Shown: positions 29,760 through 40,166, numbered from the stretch's first letter. The stretch: DNA of 64,000 nt from an uncultured delta proteobacterium (GCA_963767925.1 CAVYGB010000013.1:1-64000); one strand, 5' to 3'. Translations and numbers: made by a program. Notes: generated from the sequence alone by a model not told the origin.

Positions 29760-30665
29760 ATGTCAGGTGTCTCGATTTCCGCCGCGCGCCCCGCCGTTGT
29801 CCTCCTCGTCGACCGGGATGCCGCGTCGGTGGCGGGCGTGCGGCGGGCGCTCAGCGGGTGCCCGGAGGTCCGACTGGAGGTGTGCCCCGAGCCGGCCCGG
29901 GCGGCGGAGACCGCCCAGGCGGTGGGGGCGGCGGTGCTGCTGCTGGCGGCCGACGCCTGCGAAAACGGGGAGCTGCCGCGCCTGCACGAGGGGCCGGGAC
30001 CGCCCTTGCCCGTTGTCGTGTTGGCGCATCGCGCGTCGCCGGCCTTCCGCAAGCGGGCCTTCGCCGCCGGCGCGGTGGATTGCCTGCTCGACCTGCCCGA
30101 TCCCGACGAGCTGGCGGCCCGGCTGCGGGGCCACGCCCGGGCGGTGCTGGCCGAGCGCGAGCGGGATGAGGCCCGGCGCCAGCTCGCCCAGCTCCGCCGG
30201 CGGCTCGAGGAGCGGGACCTCGATCTGGCCAGCGGGGTGGCCAGCCAGGGGCGGGTCGACGAGTTCCTCGACGGCGAGTGGCGGCGCGCGCGGCGCAACG
30301 GCAGCCACCTGTCGCTGGTGATCGTCGAGGTGACCGGGCTGCCCGCCGAGGAGGGGCCGGCGAGCGGTCCGCCCGCGCTGGCCCGCCTGGCGGTGGCCCT
30401 GCGGGGAGCCCTCCGGCGGGGCGGGGATCTGCTCGGTAGCTACGGAGACGGCCGCTTCGCCGCGGTCCTGCCCGAGGTGGGCGCGGGCGGCGCCACGACG
30501 GTGGCCCGGCTGCTCGGGCAGGCGGCCGGCAAGTCGGTGCCGGCGGCCCGCCTGCGCTTCGGGGTGGCGAGCCTGCGTCCCCAGGAAGCCGGCCCGGCGG
30601 CCGGCGCCCAGACCCTCATGGCCCAGGCCCAGGCCGCCCTCGACGACGCCGCCCCGGGCCTTTGA
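29760..30665 (+). CDS. Degenerate REC-GGDEF protein (WspR paralog)
   Basis: VLLVDRD REC-like start, AFAAGAVDCL, EFLDGEWRRARRN, RGGD.LGSYGDGRF in place of RYGGEEF; start at ATG 29760. Confidence 0.8.
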   Translation: MSGVSISAARPAVVLLVDRDAASVAGVRRALSGCPEVRLEVCPEPARAAETAQAVGAAVLLLAADACENGELPRLHEGPGPPLPVVVLAHRASPAFRKRAFAAGAVDCLLDLPDPDELAARLRGHARAVLAERERDEARRQLAQLRRRLEERDLDLASGVASQGRVDEFLDGEWRRARRNGSHLSLVIVEVTGLPAEEGPASGPPALARLAVALRGALRRGGDLLGSYGDGRFAAVLPEVGAGGATTVARLLGQAAGKSVPAARLRFGVASLRPQEAGPAAGAQTLMAQAQAALDDAAPGL

Positions 30666-30692
30666 CCGCGGGCGCCCGGCTCGAGCGCCGGG

Positions 30693-32000
30693 CTAGATGA
30701 TCTCGGTCGTGCCGGGGATGGCGACCTTGGCGACTTCCATCTTGCCGAACTTCAGGTCGGCCGAGGGGAAGAGGGTCTCGCGGGAGTTGAGCGCCTGGTC
30801 CCAGGTCACGCGCTTGCCGGTGTAGGCGGCCATCCGCCCCATGATCGCCGCCAGGTTGCTCTCGCCCGCCGCCTTGAGCTCGTTGTAGGGCTTGCCCTTG
30901 CGGATGGCGGCGATGAGGTCGCTGTGCTCTTGCACGTAGGGGTTGGTGTCCTTGCCCCCCTCGTAGCTCCAGCCCTTGCCGCCGCCCCGGTGGGCGCTGA
31001 TCTTCCAGGCGTTGTTGGTCATGTCGGCCCGACCCTTGGTCCCGGTGACATGTTCGGTGATGTCGTTGTGGCAGCCGGGGATCTGGCGGGCCATCGACAG
31101 CACGTGGACGTCGTTGGGGTACTCGAAGTCGACCGCGAAGTGATCGTAGATGTGGCCGAAGGCCGGGTCGGTCCGTTGCTGCCGGCCGCCCATGCCCACC
31201 GCCGCCACCGGCGGCTTGCCCACCGCCCACTGGACCACGTCGATGTTGTGGATGTGCTGCTCGACGATGTGGTCGCCCGAGAGCCAGGCGAAGTACAGCC
31301 AGTTGCGGATCTGCCACTCCACGTCGGTCCAGGTCGCCTCGCGCTTCTTGACCCACAGGTCCCGCTGCATCCAGTAGCAGCGCCCGCCGATGACGTCGCC
31401 GATGGCGCCCTGGCGGATGCGCTTGATGGTCTCGAGGTAACCCTTGCTGTGGTGGCGCTGCAGCCCCACGCCGATGGCGAGCTTCTTCTGGTCGGCCTCC
31501 TGGGCGACCTCGAAACAGGTGCGGATGCCGGGGCCGTCGACGGCGATCGGCTTCTCGGTGAAGACGTGTTTGCCGGCGGCGACCGCCTCCTTGAGGTGGA
31601 TGGGGCGGAAGCCGGGCGGCGAGGCCAGCACGACGTAGTTACAGTCGCTGGCGATGACGTTCTTGTAGGCGTCGAACCCGCTGAACATCCGGTCGGGCGT
31701 GACCTGCAGCTTGTCGCCCGGGTTCAGCTTCTGCAGGTTCTTGTAGGACTCGTCGACCTGGTCCTTGAACAGGTCGCCCATGGCCACGACCTTCAGGTTG
31801 GGAGCCTGGCTCTCGAACAGGTTGCGGAGGGCGCCGGTGCCGCGGCCGCCACAGCCGACCAGCCCGACCCGGATCTCGTCGCTGCCCGCGCCCTGCGCGG
31901 CGCCGATGCGGCCATAGCTGGCCAGGAGCGCCGCGCCCGCGACGCTGTTCCGGAGGAGATCCCGGCGGCTGTTGTCGATGCTGTTCCGGTCTTCGCTCAT
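30693..32000 (-). CDS. Tat-exported Gfo/Idh/MocA family oxidoreductase
   Basis: SRRDLL twin-arginine motif, GLVGCGGRG, HVFTEKP, GDHIVEQHIHNID; start at ATG 32000. Confidence 0.92.
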   Translation of the reverse strand: MSEDRNSIDNSRRDLLRNSVAGAALLASYGRIGAAQGAGSDEIRVGLVGCGGRGTGALRNLFESQAPNLKVVAMGDLFKDQVDESYKNLQKLNPGDKLQVTPDRMFSGFDAYKNVIASDCNYVVLASPPGFRPIHLKEAVAAGKHVFTEKPIAVDGPGIRTCFEVAQEADQKKLAIGVGLQRHHSKGYLETIKRIRQGAIGDVIGGRCYWMQRDLWVKKREATWTDVEWQIRNWLYFAWLSGDHIVEQHIHNIDVVQWAVGKPPVAAVGMGGRQQRTDPAFGHIYDHFAVDFEYPNDVHVLSMARQIPGCHNDITEHVTGTKGRADMTNNAWKISAHRGGGKGWSYEGGKDTNPYVQEHSDLIAAIRKGKPYNELKAAGESNLAAIMGRMAAYTGKRVTWDQALNSRETLFPSADLKFGKMEVAKVAIPGTTEII

Positions 32001-32061
32001 GTTCTTCCCCTTGCTGGCTGGGCTCTGCTGTCCCGCGCACGTCACTGCCACGCCGTCGTCG

Positions 32062-33048
32062 TCACTGGTTCGAGCTGTCCTCGGTCATCTTGGAGCGGTA
32101 CGAACGCAGCGCCGGGTACTCGTCGGGTACCTGGACGAGGCGGAATCCTACCTCCGTGGCCTCTGTATGCCACCAGATACTCTGCGGTGTCTGGGGGTCC
32201 TGCTTGCTCCAGATCAGCTCTGAGAAGCGCCGCGCGGCGCAGCGCAGAGCGGGCGCCGGCTCCTTCCAGCTCCCGCCGCGCACCACGTGGGGATAGCGGG
32301 CGTCACCGGGCAGGTTGACGGGCAATGGCGACTCGCTCGCGCTGCCGTAGAAGTCAGGGCCGTAGCGGTCGAGCACCCACTCTGACACGTTGCCGTGCAT
32401 GTCGAAGAGGCCGAAGGCGTTCGCGCGTTTGCCGCCCACCGGGTGGGGGCGCTTGCCCGCGTTCTTGGCGAACCAGGCGTGATCGCCGAGCCTGGCCGGC
32501 GAGGCCCCGAACGGATAGGCGGTCGTCGTGCCGGCGCGGCAGGCGTACTCCCACTCCGCCTCGCTGGGCAGACGGTAGCCCTTGCCGGTCCGCTTCGAGA
32601 TCCAGCGGGCGAACTCCATCGCGGCATGCCAGGTCACGGCGATGTTGGGGCTCTTGCCCCGGCCCAGGCCGAAGGTCTCGTCGGCGTAGGGCGGCGTCGG
32701 GTAAGAGAGGGCGTCGGGGCCGTCCTCGGAGGAGCCGGCCAGCGTCGCCTTGAGGCCCAGATCGAGGAAGAGGTGGTAGGCGTCCCAGGTGACCTCGTGT
32801 TTGCCCATGAAAAACGGGCGCACGGTGATCTCGCGCTGGGGCCCCTCGTCGCGCTTGCGCCCGCGTTCGGCGGGCGGGCTGCCCATGCGGAAGGTGCCGC
32901 CGGGGATGGGCACCATGTCGAAGGTGACGGCGGTGCCCGGGATGGTCTCGGTGTAGGCCTTGGCCGGCTCGGCGGCGGCGCCGGGAGGCGCGAGCGCCAG
33001 GAGGACCATCAGCCCGCCCAGGAGTCTGCTGTCGATCGGAGGACGCAA
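32062..33048 (-). CDS. FGE-sulfatase (SUMF1/EgtB/PvdO) family exported protein
   Basis: IPGGTFRMGS, HEVT, RLPSEAEWEYACRAG, NAFGLFDMHGNVSEW, RGGSW, GFR. Confidence 0.9.
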   Translation of the reverse strand: MRPPIDSRLLGGLMVLLALAPPGAAAEPAKAYTETIPGTAVTFDMVPIPGGTFRMGSPPAERGRKRDEGPQREITVRPFFMGKHEVTWDAYHLFLDLGLKATLAGSSEDGPDALSYPTPPYADETFGLGRGKSPNIAVTWHAAMEFARWISKRTGKGYRLPSEAEWEYACRAGTTTAYPFGASPARLGDHAWFAKNAGKRPHPVGGKRANAFGLFDMHGNVSEWVLDRYGPDFYGSASESPLPVNLPGDARYPHVVRGGSWKEPAPALRCAARRFSELIWSKQDPQTPQSIWWHTEATEVGFRLVQVPDEYPALRSYRSKMTEDSSNQ

Positions 33049-33098
33049 ATCGCCCGTGCTTATACTCTCGCCCGGGCCCGGCTGTCACCGGGGTGACG

Positions 33099-35545
33099 TC
33101 AGGAAGCCTCCTCGACCTCGGCGAAGGCGGCCTCGAGGGCGTCCTCCTCCGCCTCCTCGGCCGCGTTCTCCTCGACCACCACGGTCACCTCGTCGGCCCC
33201 CTCCAGAGCGGGGCTCGACCCGGCGTGCGGCCCGGGAGGGAGGGGGACGTCGGCCGGCGCCGCGCTGACCGGCACCTGATCGGGCAGCGGGGGGGCCACC
33301 TCGCCGTGGGCGTCGAAGTAGGCGCGTACCGCCTCGGCGGTCTTGCGGCTGACCCCCGGCACCGAGGCCAGGTCCTCGACGCTGGCGTCCCGGATCTTCC
33401 GCACGCTGCCGAAGTGGCGCAGGAGCTCGCGCTGGCGGGCGCTGCCCACCCCGGCGATGTCCGAGAGGACCGAGCGCAGGGTGCGGCGGCGGCGCTGGTT
33501 GCGGTGGAAGGTCACCGCGAAGCGGTGGGCCTCGTCGCGCAGGTGCGCGAGCACGAACATCTCGGCGCTGTTGGGCCGGATCGGGATGGCGTCCTTGGCC
33601 TGGGCCAGGAACACCCGGTCGGGCCGGCGGCCCGCCGGCTCGGCGGTCTTCTTCCCGCCCCGCCGGCGGGTGGGGGTCTCGACCAGTGGCAGTACAGGCA
33701 GCTCCCGAGGTGGGACCGGGGTGGCCGCCGCCGCGTCGCCGGGCGCGGGCACCTCGCTGGCGAGCGCGGGGACCTCCGGCGCGGCGGTCCGGGCCTCGAG
33801 TGCCAGTCCCTCGCTGGCGGGCGCGGAGGCGTCGGGGGCGGTCGATGCCTCCCCGTCTGGCGTCTCGGCGGGCGGGGGGGCGGCCCCCTCGGGCTCGCGC
33901 TCCTTGGCCAGGCCAACGATCGGCAGGCCCACCCCGGGGCGCACGTCGATGCCCACGTCGCGCGCCGCCGCCAGCGCCATGCCGAGCTGGCCCTTGCCGC
34001 CATCGACGACGATGAGATCGGGCAGGGCCCAGGTGCTCTCCTGCAGGCTGTCGGGGTCGCCCCGGCTCTGCGCCTCCAGGGCCGCCTCGCGGGCCCGGCG
34101 GAACCGCCGCGACAGCACCTCGTACATGGAGGCGAAGTCGTCGGGGCTGCCCACCCCGCCGCGCTGGAGCTTGTAGGTGCGGTAGCGCGTCTTCTCCGGC
34201 TTGCCGTCGACGAAGACCACCATCGAGGCCACCGTCTCCGACCCCTGCACGTGGGAGATGTCGTAACACTCGATGACCCGGGGCACCCGGGGCAGACTTC
34301 AGCCGCTTCTGCAGCTTGGCCAGCATCGCCTCGGCGTCGTCGCGCTTGTTGCGCCGGCTGGCGAAGCTGGCGGCGGCGTTCTTCTGGGCCAGCTCGAGCA
34401 GCTCGCGCCGGGTCCCCCGCTGCGGGACCAGCACCTCGACCCGCCGGCGCCGCCCGCCCTCCAGCCCGGCCCGCAGCTCGGTCAGCCAGTCCGCCTTCAG
34501 CTCGGCGTCGGCGATGGCGAAGGGGAGCAGCACCTCGTCGGGGGCGGCCGGCGACAGGTCGTAGTACAGGCCCACGAAGCTCGAGAGGATCTCGCCGTCG
34601 GGGAACTCCTGGTCGGTGAAGGAGAAGCAGCGGGTGCCGGCCATCTTGCCCTGGCGGATCGCGATCACCGCGATCTCGAGGGCGATGCCCTCCCGGTGAA
34701 AGCCGATCACGTCCTGGTCGACGAAGTCGGTGGAGACGACCCGCTGGGCCTGCAAGGTGGACTCGAGGGCCCGGATCTGGTCCCGCACCAGGGCGGCCCG
34801 CTCGAACTCGGTGCGGCCCGCCGACTCTTTCATGCGGGTGCGCAGCCGGTCGAGCAGCTCGTCGTTCTTGCCATCGAGGAACAGGCGCACGTCGCGCACC
34901 TGCTCGCCGTACTCCGCGCGCGGGACCGGCAAGCACGCAGGGGGCCGGGCAGCGCTTGATCTGGTACTGCAGGCAGGGACGACGCCGGTTGGCCAGCACG
35001 TGGTCGGTGCAGGTGCGGAGCTGGAAGTGCCGGTTGACCACCCGCAGCGCCTCCCGGCAGGAGCTGGCCGAGTGGTAGGGCCCGAAGTAGTGGGCCCCGT
35101 CGTCCTGGATGCGCCGGACCACCTCGAGGCGGGGCCAGCTCGCCTCGGGGTCCAGGCGCAGCACGAGGTAGTTCTTGTCGTCGCGCAGCTTCACGTTGAA
35201 GCGCGGCTGGTGCTTCTTGATGAGGGTGTTCTCGAGCAGCAGCGCCTCCTTCTCGTTGGAGGTCACCGTTGTCTCGATGTCGGCGACGATCCCCTCGAGC
35301 AGGGGCACGAAGTCGCGGATGTCCCCCGTGTTGGGCTGGAAGTACTGCCGCACCCGGGTCCGCAGGCTGGCCGCCTTGCCGATGTACAGGATCTTGCCGC
35401 GCCGATCCTTCATCACGTAGACGCCGGGCTCGGTGGGCAGCCGCTCGAGGATCTCGAGCAACGAGCGGGGGCCGGGGCTGACCTCGGCCGCGCGCAGGGC
35501 GCTCGTCTCGGGCCGCTGGCCCTCGTCCTCGATCTCGTCCGACAT
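33099..35545 (-). pseudogene. uvrC: Excinuclease ABC subunit C, interrupted by two single-base frameshifts (~34932, ~34296), likely sequencing errors
   Basis: GIY-YIG PGVYVM..YIGKA and [13 protein letters not shown] (frame 33512..35545); [14 protein letters not shown] (33085..34932); [24 protein letters not shown], HhH (33099..34286). Confidence 0.92.
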
Positions 35546-35596
35546 GACCCCACTAGCTTGCCCGATCTCGGGGGCAAACGGCGCGGTGTCGGGGGC

Positions 35597-36649
35597 CTAG
35601 TGAGCGGCGGCGGAGGGATTGCTGCTGGTGGGGGCGGCGACGTCGGCGTTGTACGAGGCGGGGTGGGAGGCAACGCGGTTGCGGCCCTCCCGCTTGGCCT
35701 GGTAAAGCGCCTCGTCAGCCAGGGCCACCAGGCGGGCGCCCGAGCCGTCGGGCAGATCGAAGGGGCGCAGGGTCGCCACCCCCACGCTGATGGTGACGTG
35801 GGCGGCGACGGCGGAGGCGGAGTGGGGCAGGGCCAGGTTGACAACGCCCTGGTGCAGCGAGCGGCCCACCGTGCAGGCGCCGGAGTGGGGGACCTCGGGC
35901 AAGATGGCGGCGAACTCCTCGCCTCCGTAGCGGGCCATCAGGTCGCCGGCCCGGCGGACGGCGCTGGCCAGCGCGCCCGCCACCTGGCGCAGGCACTCGT
36001 CGCCCCCCTGGTGGCCGTAGCTGTCGTTGTAGCGTTTGAAGTAGTCGATGTCGACCAGGGCCACCGAGAGGGGCAGGCCGTTGCGGCGGGCCCGCCGCCA
36101 CTCGGTGTCGAGGAACTCGTCGAAGCGGCGCCGGTTGGCCACCCCGGTCAGGCCGTCGAGGTGGGTGAGCCGCTGCAGCTCGGCGTTGCTCTCCTCGAGC
36201 TTGAGGCGGAGGGCGTCCAGCGTGCGGTAGGCCTCGTCCCGGTCGCGCTCGGCGCAGAAGCGATCGGAGTGCAGGCGGATGCGGGCCAGCAGCTCGATCT
36301 TGTCCGGGATCTTCACCAGGTAGTCGCTGGCCCCCTCGGTGAAGGCGCGGCCCTTGTCGAGGGCCTGCTCCTTGGAGGAGAGCACGATGATGGGGATGGC
36401 GGCGGTGACGGGGTTCTTGCGGAAGAACCGCACCAGCATCAGCCCGTCGACGTCGGGCATGACCAGGTCCTGCAGGATCACGGTGGGGCGGACCTGGGCG
36501 GCGAGGGCCAGCGCCTGCCCGGGGTCCGAGCAGTAGTGGTAAGAGATGTCCCGCTCGTCGGCGAGCATCCGTCGGATGGTCTCGCCGACCAGGGGTTGAT
36601 CGTCGACCAGCAGCACGGTGCGGCTGCGGCCCGGCTCCGCGTGGCTCAT
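35597..36649 (-). CDS. wspR: REC-GGDEF diguanylate cyclase, WspR-like
   Basis: LLVDDQ, ILQDLVMP, YLVKIPD, DGLTGVANRR, RAGD I-site, RYGGEEF; adjacent to the Wsp cluster. Confidence 0.92.
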   Translation of the reverse strand: MSHAEPGRSRTVLLVDDQPLVGETIRRMLADERDISYHYCSDPGQALALAAQVRPTVILQDLVMPDVDGLMLVRFFRKNPVTAAIPIIVLSSKEQALDKGRAFTEGASDYLVKIPDKIELLARIRLHSDRFCAERDRDEAYRTLDALRLKLEESNAELQRLTHLDGLTGVANRRRFDEFLDTEWRRARRNGLPLSVALVDIDYFKRYNDSYGHQGGDECLRQVAGALASAVRRAGDLMARYGGEEFAAILPEVPHSGACTVGRSLHQGVVNLALPHSASAVAAHVTISVGVATLRPFDLPDGSGARLVALADEALYQAKREGRNRVASHPASYNADVAAPTSSNPSAAAH

Positions 36650-36773
36650 CGGATCACATCCACCCATCGGCAGGCGGGGGAACAACTTGACGGCTGACCT
36701 GCCCGCCTCAAGCAGCGTGTCGGATCAACCGACCCGGAGGGTCGAGGGACTCCGGGGAGGACATGGGGTGCGT

Positions 36774-38411
36774 ATGGAGAATCTGAGAATCTCGGCCAAG
36801 CTGGGCCTGCTCATGCTGGTGTTCGCGAGCGGGTTCGCCGTGTTCGCGGTGCTCACCTTCCGCACCTTGAGCATGGTGAAGGTCGACGGCCCACTTTACG
36901 CCGAGATCGCCCAGGACAAGGACGTCATCGCCGACGTCCTGCCGCCACCGGAGTACATCATCGAGGCCTACCTGCTGGTGCTGCAGATGCAGGACGAGAC
37001 CGACCCCGCCCGCCTCGGCCGGCTGCTGGAGAAGTCGCGCCTGCTGCGGCAGGAGTACGAGACCCGCCACGACTTCTGGAACGACCGGCTCACCCCGGGC
37101 CGGCTGCGCGACGCCTTGCTGGTGAAGTCCTACCAGCCGGCGGTCGAGTTCTTCGAGGTGCGCGACCGCGAGTTCATCCCCGCCATCCAGGCCGGCCAGC
37201 GGGCCCGGGCCCTCGAGCTGCTCCGGGGCAAGCTGCGCGACAGCTACGACCAGCACCGCCGGGCGGTCGACGAGGTGGTGGGCCTGGCCACCGCCAAGCA
37301 CCGGGAGGCCGAGGGCCGGGCCAAGGCCCTGGTGGGCAGCGACATCCGGTTGCTGGTGGCGGCGGTGCTGGTCATCGCCCTGGCCACCTTCGTGTTCGGC
37401 TGGCGCATCTCGGTCAACCTCACCCGGCGGATCCGCCTGGCCACCGAGGTGGCCAAGCAGGTGGCCTCGGGCGACCTCACCGTACAGGTGGCGGCGTCGT
37501 CGGAGGACGAGGCAGGCGAGCTGCTCACGACCATCTCGGGGATGGCCCGCGACCTGAGCTCGCTGGTGGCCCGGGTCAAGCAGTCGTCGATCGTGCTGAT
37601 GTCGACCGCCACCCAGATCAACGCCACCAGCCGCCAGCAGGAGTCGACGGTGCAGAGCTTCAGCGCCTCGAGCAGCCAGATCGGGGCGGCGGTCAAGCAG
37701 ATCGCCGCCACCGCCCAGGAGCTGATGTCGACCATGGAGGGGGTGAGCAACACCGCCAGCCAGACCTCTTCGCTGGCCTCCGAGGGGCGGGCCGGCCTCG
37801 AGGTGATGGACGGATCGATGCAGCAGCTCGCCAACGCCACCTCCTCGATCTCCACCAAGCTGTCGACAATCCGGGAGAAGGCCAACGACATCAACGTCGT
37901 CGTCACCACCATCACCAAGGTCGCCGACCAGACCAACCTGCTGTCGATCAACGCCGCCATCGAGGCGGAGAAGGCGGGGGAATACGGGCTGGGCTTCCTG
38001 GTGCTGGCCCGCGAGATCCGCCGGCTGGCCGATCAGACCGCGGTGGCGGCCCTCGACATCGACCGGATGGTCCGCGAGATGCAGGCCGCCGTCTCCTCGG
38101 GGGTGATGGAGATGGACAAGTTCACCGAGGAGGTGCGCAGCGGCGTGGCCAGCGTGGCCCAGATCGGGAGCCAGTTCGGCCAGATCATCGAGCAGGTGCA
38201 GGGGCTGTCGGGGCGGCTGGAGGCGGTCAACGAGGGCATGCGCAGCCAGACCATGGGCGCGGGCCAGATCAACGAGGCCATGCTCCAGCTCATCGATGGG
38301 GCCCGGCAGAGCGCCGGCTCGTTGAAGGAGTTCAACGCCTCGACCGATCACCTGCGGGGCGCGGTGGACGGTCTCAAGGAGGAGATCTCCCGCTTCCGCC
38401 TGAGCGCGTAG
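36774..38411 (+). CDS. wspA: Methyl-accepting chemotaxis protein, WspA-like
   Basis: Two TMs, periplasmic helical domain, HAMP; tip VADQTNLLSINAAIEAEKAGEYGLGF is WspA-type. Confidence 0.88.
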   Translation: MENLRISAKLGLLMLVFASGFAVFAVLTFRTLSMVKVDGPLYAEIAQDKDVIADVLPPPEYIIEAYLLVLQMQDETDPARLGRLLEKSRLLRQEYETRHDFWNDRLTPGRLRDALLVKSYQPAVEFFEVRDREFIPAIQAGQRARALELLRGKLRDSYDQHRRAVDEVVGLATAKHREAEGRAKALVGSDIRLLVAAVLVIALATFVFGWRISVNLTRRIRLATEVAKQVASGDLTVQVAASSEDEAGELLTTISGMARDLSSLVARVKQSSIVLMSTATQINATSRQQESTVQSFSASSSQIGAAVKQIAATAQELMSTMEGVSNTASQTSSLASEGRAGLEVMDGSMQQLANATSSISTKLSTIREKANDINVVVTTITKVADQTNLLSINAAIEAEKAGEYGLGFLVLAREIRRLADQTAVAALDIDRMVREMQAAVSSGVMEMDKFTEEVRSGVASVAQIGSQFGQIIEQVQGLSGRLEAVNEGMRSQTMGAGQINEAMLQLIDGARQSAGSLKEFNASTDHLRGAVDGLKEEISRFRLSA

Positions 38412-38427
38412 CGCAGGGGAGGGCGCC

Positions 38428-38871
38428 ATGCTCGGCCTGCTGACCCAGATCGGCAACGTTCGCTTCGCGGTCGACGCCCGGGCCGTGATCGAGGTGGTGC
38501 CCCGGGTCGAGCTGCACCCGGCGCCCCCCTCGGCGGGCGGGCTGGCCGGGCTGCTGCGTTACCGGGGGAGCATCATCCCCGTGATCGACGTGGGGCAGGC
38601 CCTCGCCGGGACGCCCACCCCCGCCCGGCTGAGCGCCCGCATCCTCATCGCCCGCTGCCAGATCGAGCCGGGCAGCCAGGTGGTGGGCTTCATCGTCGAG
38701 CAGGTGACCGAGGCGCGCCGCCTGAGCCACAAGGTGCCCGAGGGGGGCGGCGACGTGGTGGGGCACGTCCTGGCGGTCGACGAGGGGGTGATCCACCTGC
38801 TCGATCTCAACGACCTGGCCGGCTCGACCCTGCGGCGGTCGCTCGCCTTTCTCACCGAGGTGGGGGCATGA
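38428..38871 (+). CDS. wspB: CheW-like adaptor, WspB-like
   Basis: FAVDARAVIEVVP, GLLRYRGSIIPVID; position in the cluster. Confidence 0.85.
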   Translation: MLGLLTQIGNVRFAVDARAVIEVVPRVELHPAPPSAGGLAGLLRYRGSIIPVIDVGQALAGTPTPARLSARILIARCQIEPGSQVVGFIVEQVTEARRLSHKVPEGGGDVVGHVLAVDEGVIHLLDLNDLAGSTLRRSLAFLTEVGA

Positions 38872-40166
38872 CCCCGCTGGCCCGCATCGAGGAAATGCTG
38901 GGCCGGCGCATCGGCCTGCTGGGCTCCACCATCGGGCAGCGGGGGGTCGAGCTGGCGGTCGACGCGCGCCTGCGGGCGCTGACCATGACCGATCGCATGG
39001 CCTACCTGGGGCGGATGCTGTCCGAGCCCGGCGAGCTGGACGCGCTCATCGAGGAGCTGGTGGTCCCCGAGACCTGGTTCTTCCGGGACGAGGAGCCCTT
39101 CCGCTACCTGGTGCGCTGGACGCAGACGGTCTGGCCCGAGTCGGGGCGGGCGCCCCCCCTGCGCGTGCTCTCCCTGCCGTGCTCGACGGGGGAGGAGCCC
39201 TATTCGGTGGCCATGGCCATGCTGGACGCCGGCTTTCTGCCCGGCCGGTTCCACATCGACGCCTTCGACATCAGCGAGAAGGCCCTGCAAAACGCCAAGC
39301 GGGGCGTCTACCGCCGCTCGTCGTTCCGGGGCGCCGACCTCGAGTTCCGCGACCGCCACTTCACGCCCCGGGAGGACGGCACTTACGAGCTGGCTCCGGC
39401 CGTCCGCGAGACGGTGCGGTTCCGGCGGGGGAACCTGCTCGACCCCGCCCTGTTCGCCAGCCTCGACATCTACGACGTCATCTTCTGCCGGAACGTCCTC
39501 ATCTATTTCACCAAGGAGGCGCGCCACACCGTCATCGACCTGCTGGAGTCCCGGCTGAGCCGGCACGGGGTCCTGTTCGTGGGCCACGCCGATTCGGTCG
39601 ACGACCCGCGCTTCAGCACCATCTCCGCCTCGCGCACCTTCGCCCTGCGCCGGGCCGACCCCGGCACCCGCGCCACCGGCGTCACCGGCACCTTCATGTT
39701 GCCGGTCCCCTTCGATCGGTCCCGGGCCGGCGGCAGCCCCGCCCCCGCTCCGCCCCCCGCCCGCTCCACCCGCCACGACACGGAAAAATACCGGGCCCTC
39801 ACCTCCCCCGCGCCGGCGGTGCCCCCGCCGGCGCCCAGGCCGGGCGAAGGGGTCCGGGTGGAGCTGGGAGCCGCCGAGTCGCTCGCCGATCAGGGCCGGC
39901 TCGAGGAGGCCGCGGCGCTGTGCGAGTCGCAGATCGGGCGGGCGCCCAACTCGGCCGCCTTCCAGCTCCTCGGCGTGATCCGCCTGGCCCAGCACCGAAA
40001 CGGCGACGCCGAGCAGTGTTTCCAGCGCGTCCTCTACCTCGAGCCCACCCACCGCGACGCCCTCTTGCACCTGGCCTTGCTGGCCGACAAGCGCGGCGAC
40101 ACCCGCGCCTCCGCCAACTACCGCCGCCGGGCCGACGTCGTCGACCTGCCCAAGGAGCAGCGTTGA
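38868..40166 (+). CDS. wspC: CheR methyltransferase with C-terminal TPR, WspC-like
   Basis: VVPETWFFRD, LPCSTGEEPYS, IFCRNVLIYF, TPR with VLYLEP.H.DALLHL. Confidence 0.9.
   Translation: MTPLARIEEMLGRRIGLLGSTIGQRGVELAVDARLRALTMTDRMAYLGRMLSEPGELDALIEELVVPETWFFRDEEPFRYLVRWTQTVWPESGRAPPLRVLSLPCSTGEEPYSVAMAMLDAGFLPGRFHIDAFDISEKALQNAKRGVYRRSSFRGADLEFRDRHFTPREDGTYELAPAVRETVRFRRGNLLDPALFASLDIYDVIFCRNVLIYFTKEARHTVIDLLESRLSRHGVLFVGHADSVDDPRFSTISASRTFALRRADPGTRATGVTGTFMLPVPFDRSRAGGSPAPAPPPARSTRHDTEKYRALTSPAPAVPPPAPRPGEGVRVELGAAESLADQGRLEEAAALCESQIGRAPNSAAFQLLGVIRLAQHRNGDAEQCFQRVLYLEPTHRDALLHLALLADKRGDTRASANYRRRADVVDLPKEQR

Noticed and set aside
33099..35545. Programmed frameshifting or intein in uvrC
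   Set aside because: No slippery heptamer at either shift; the insert lacks intein termini or a homing endonuclease
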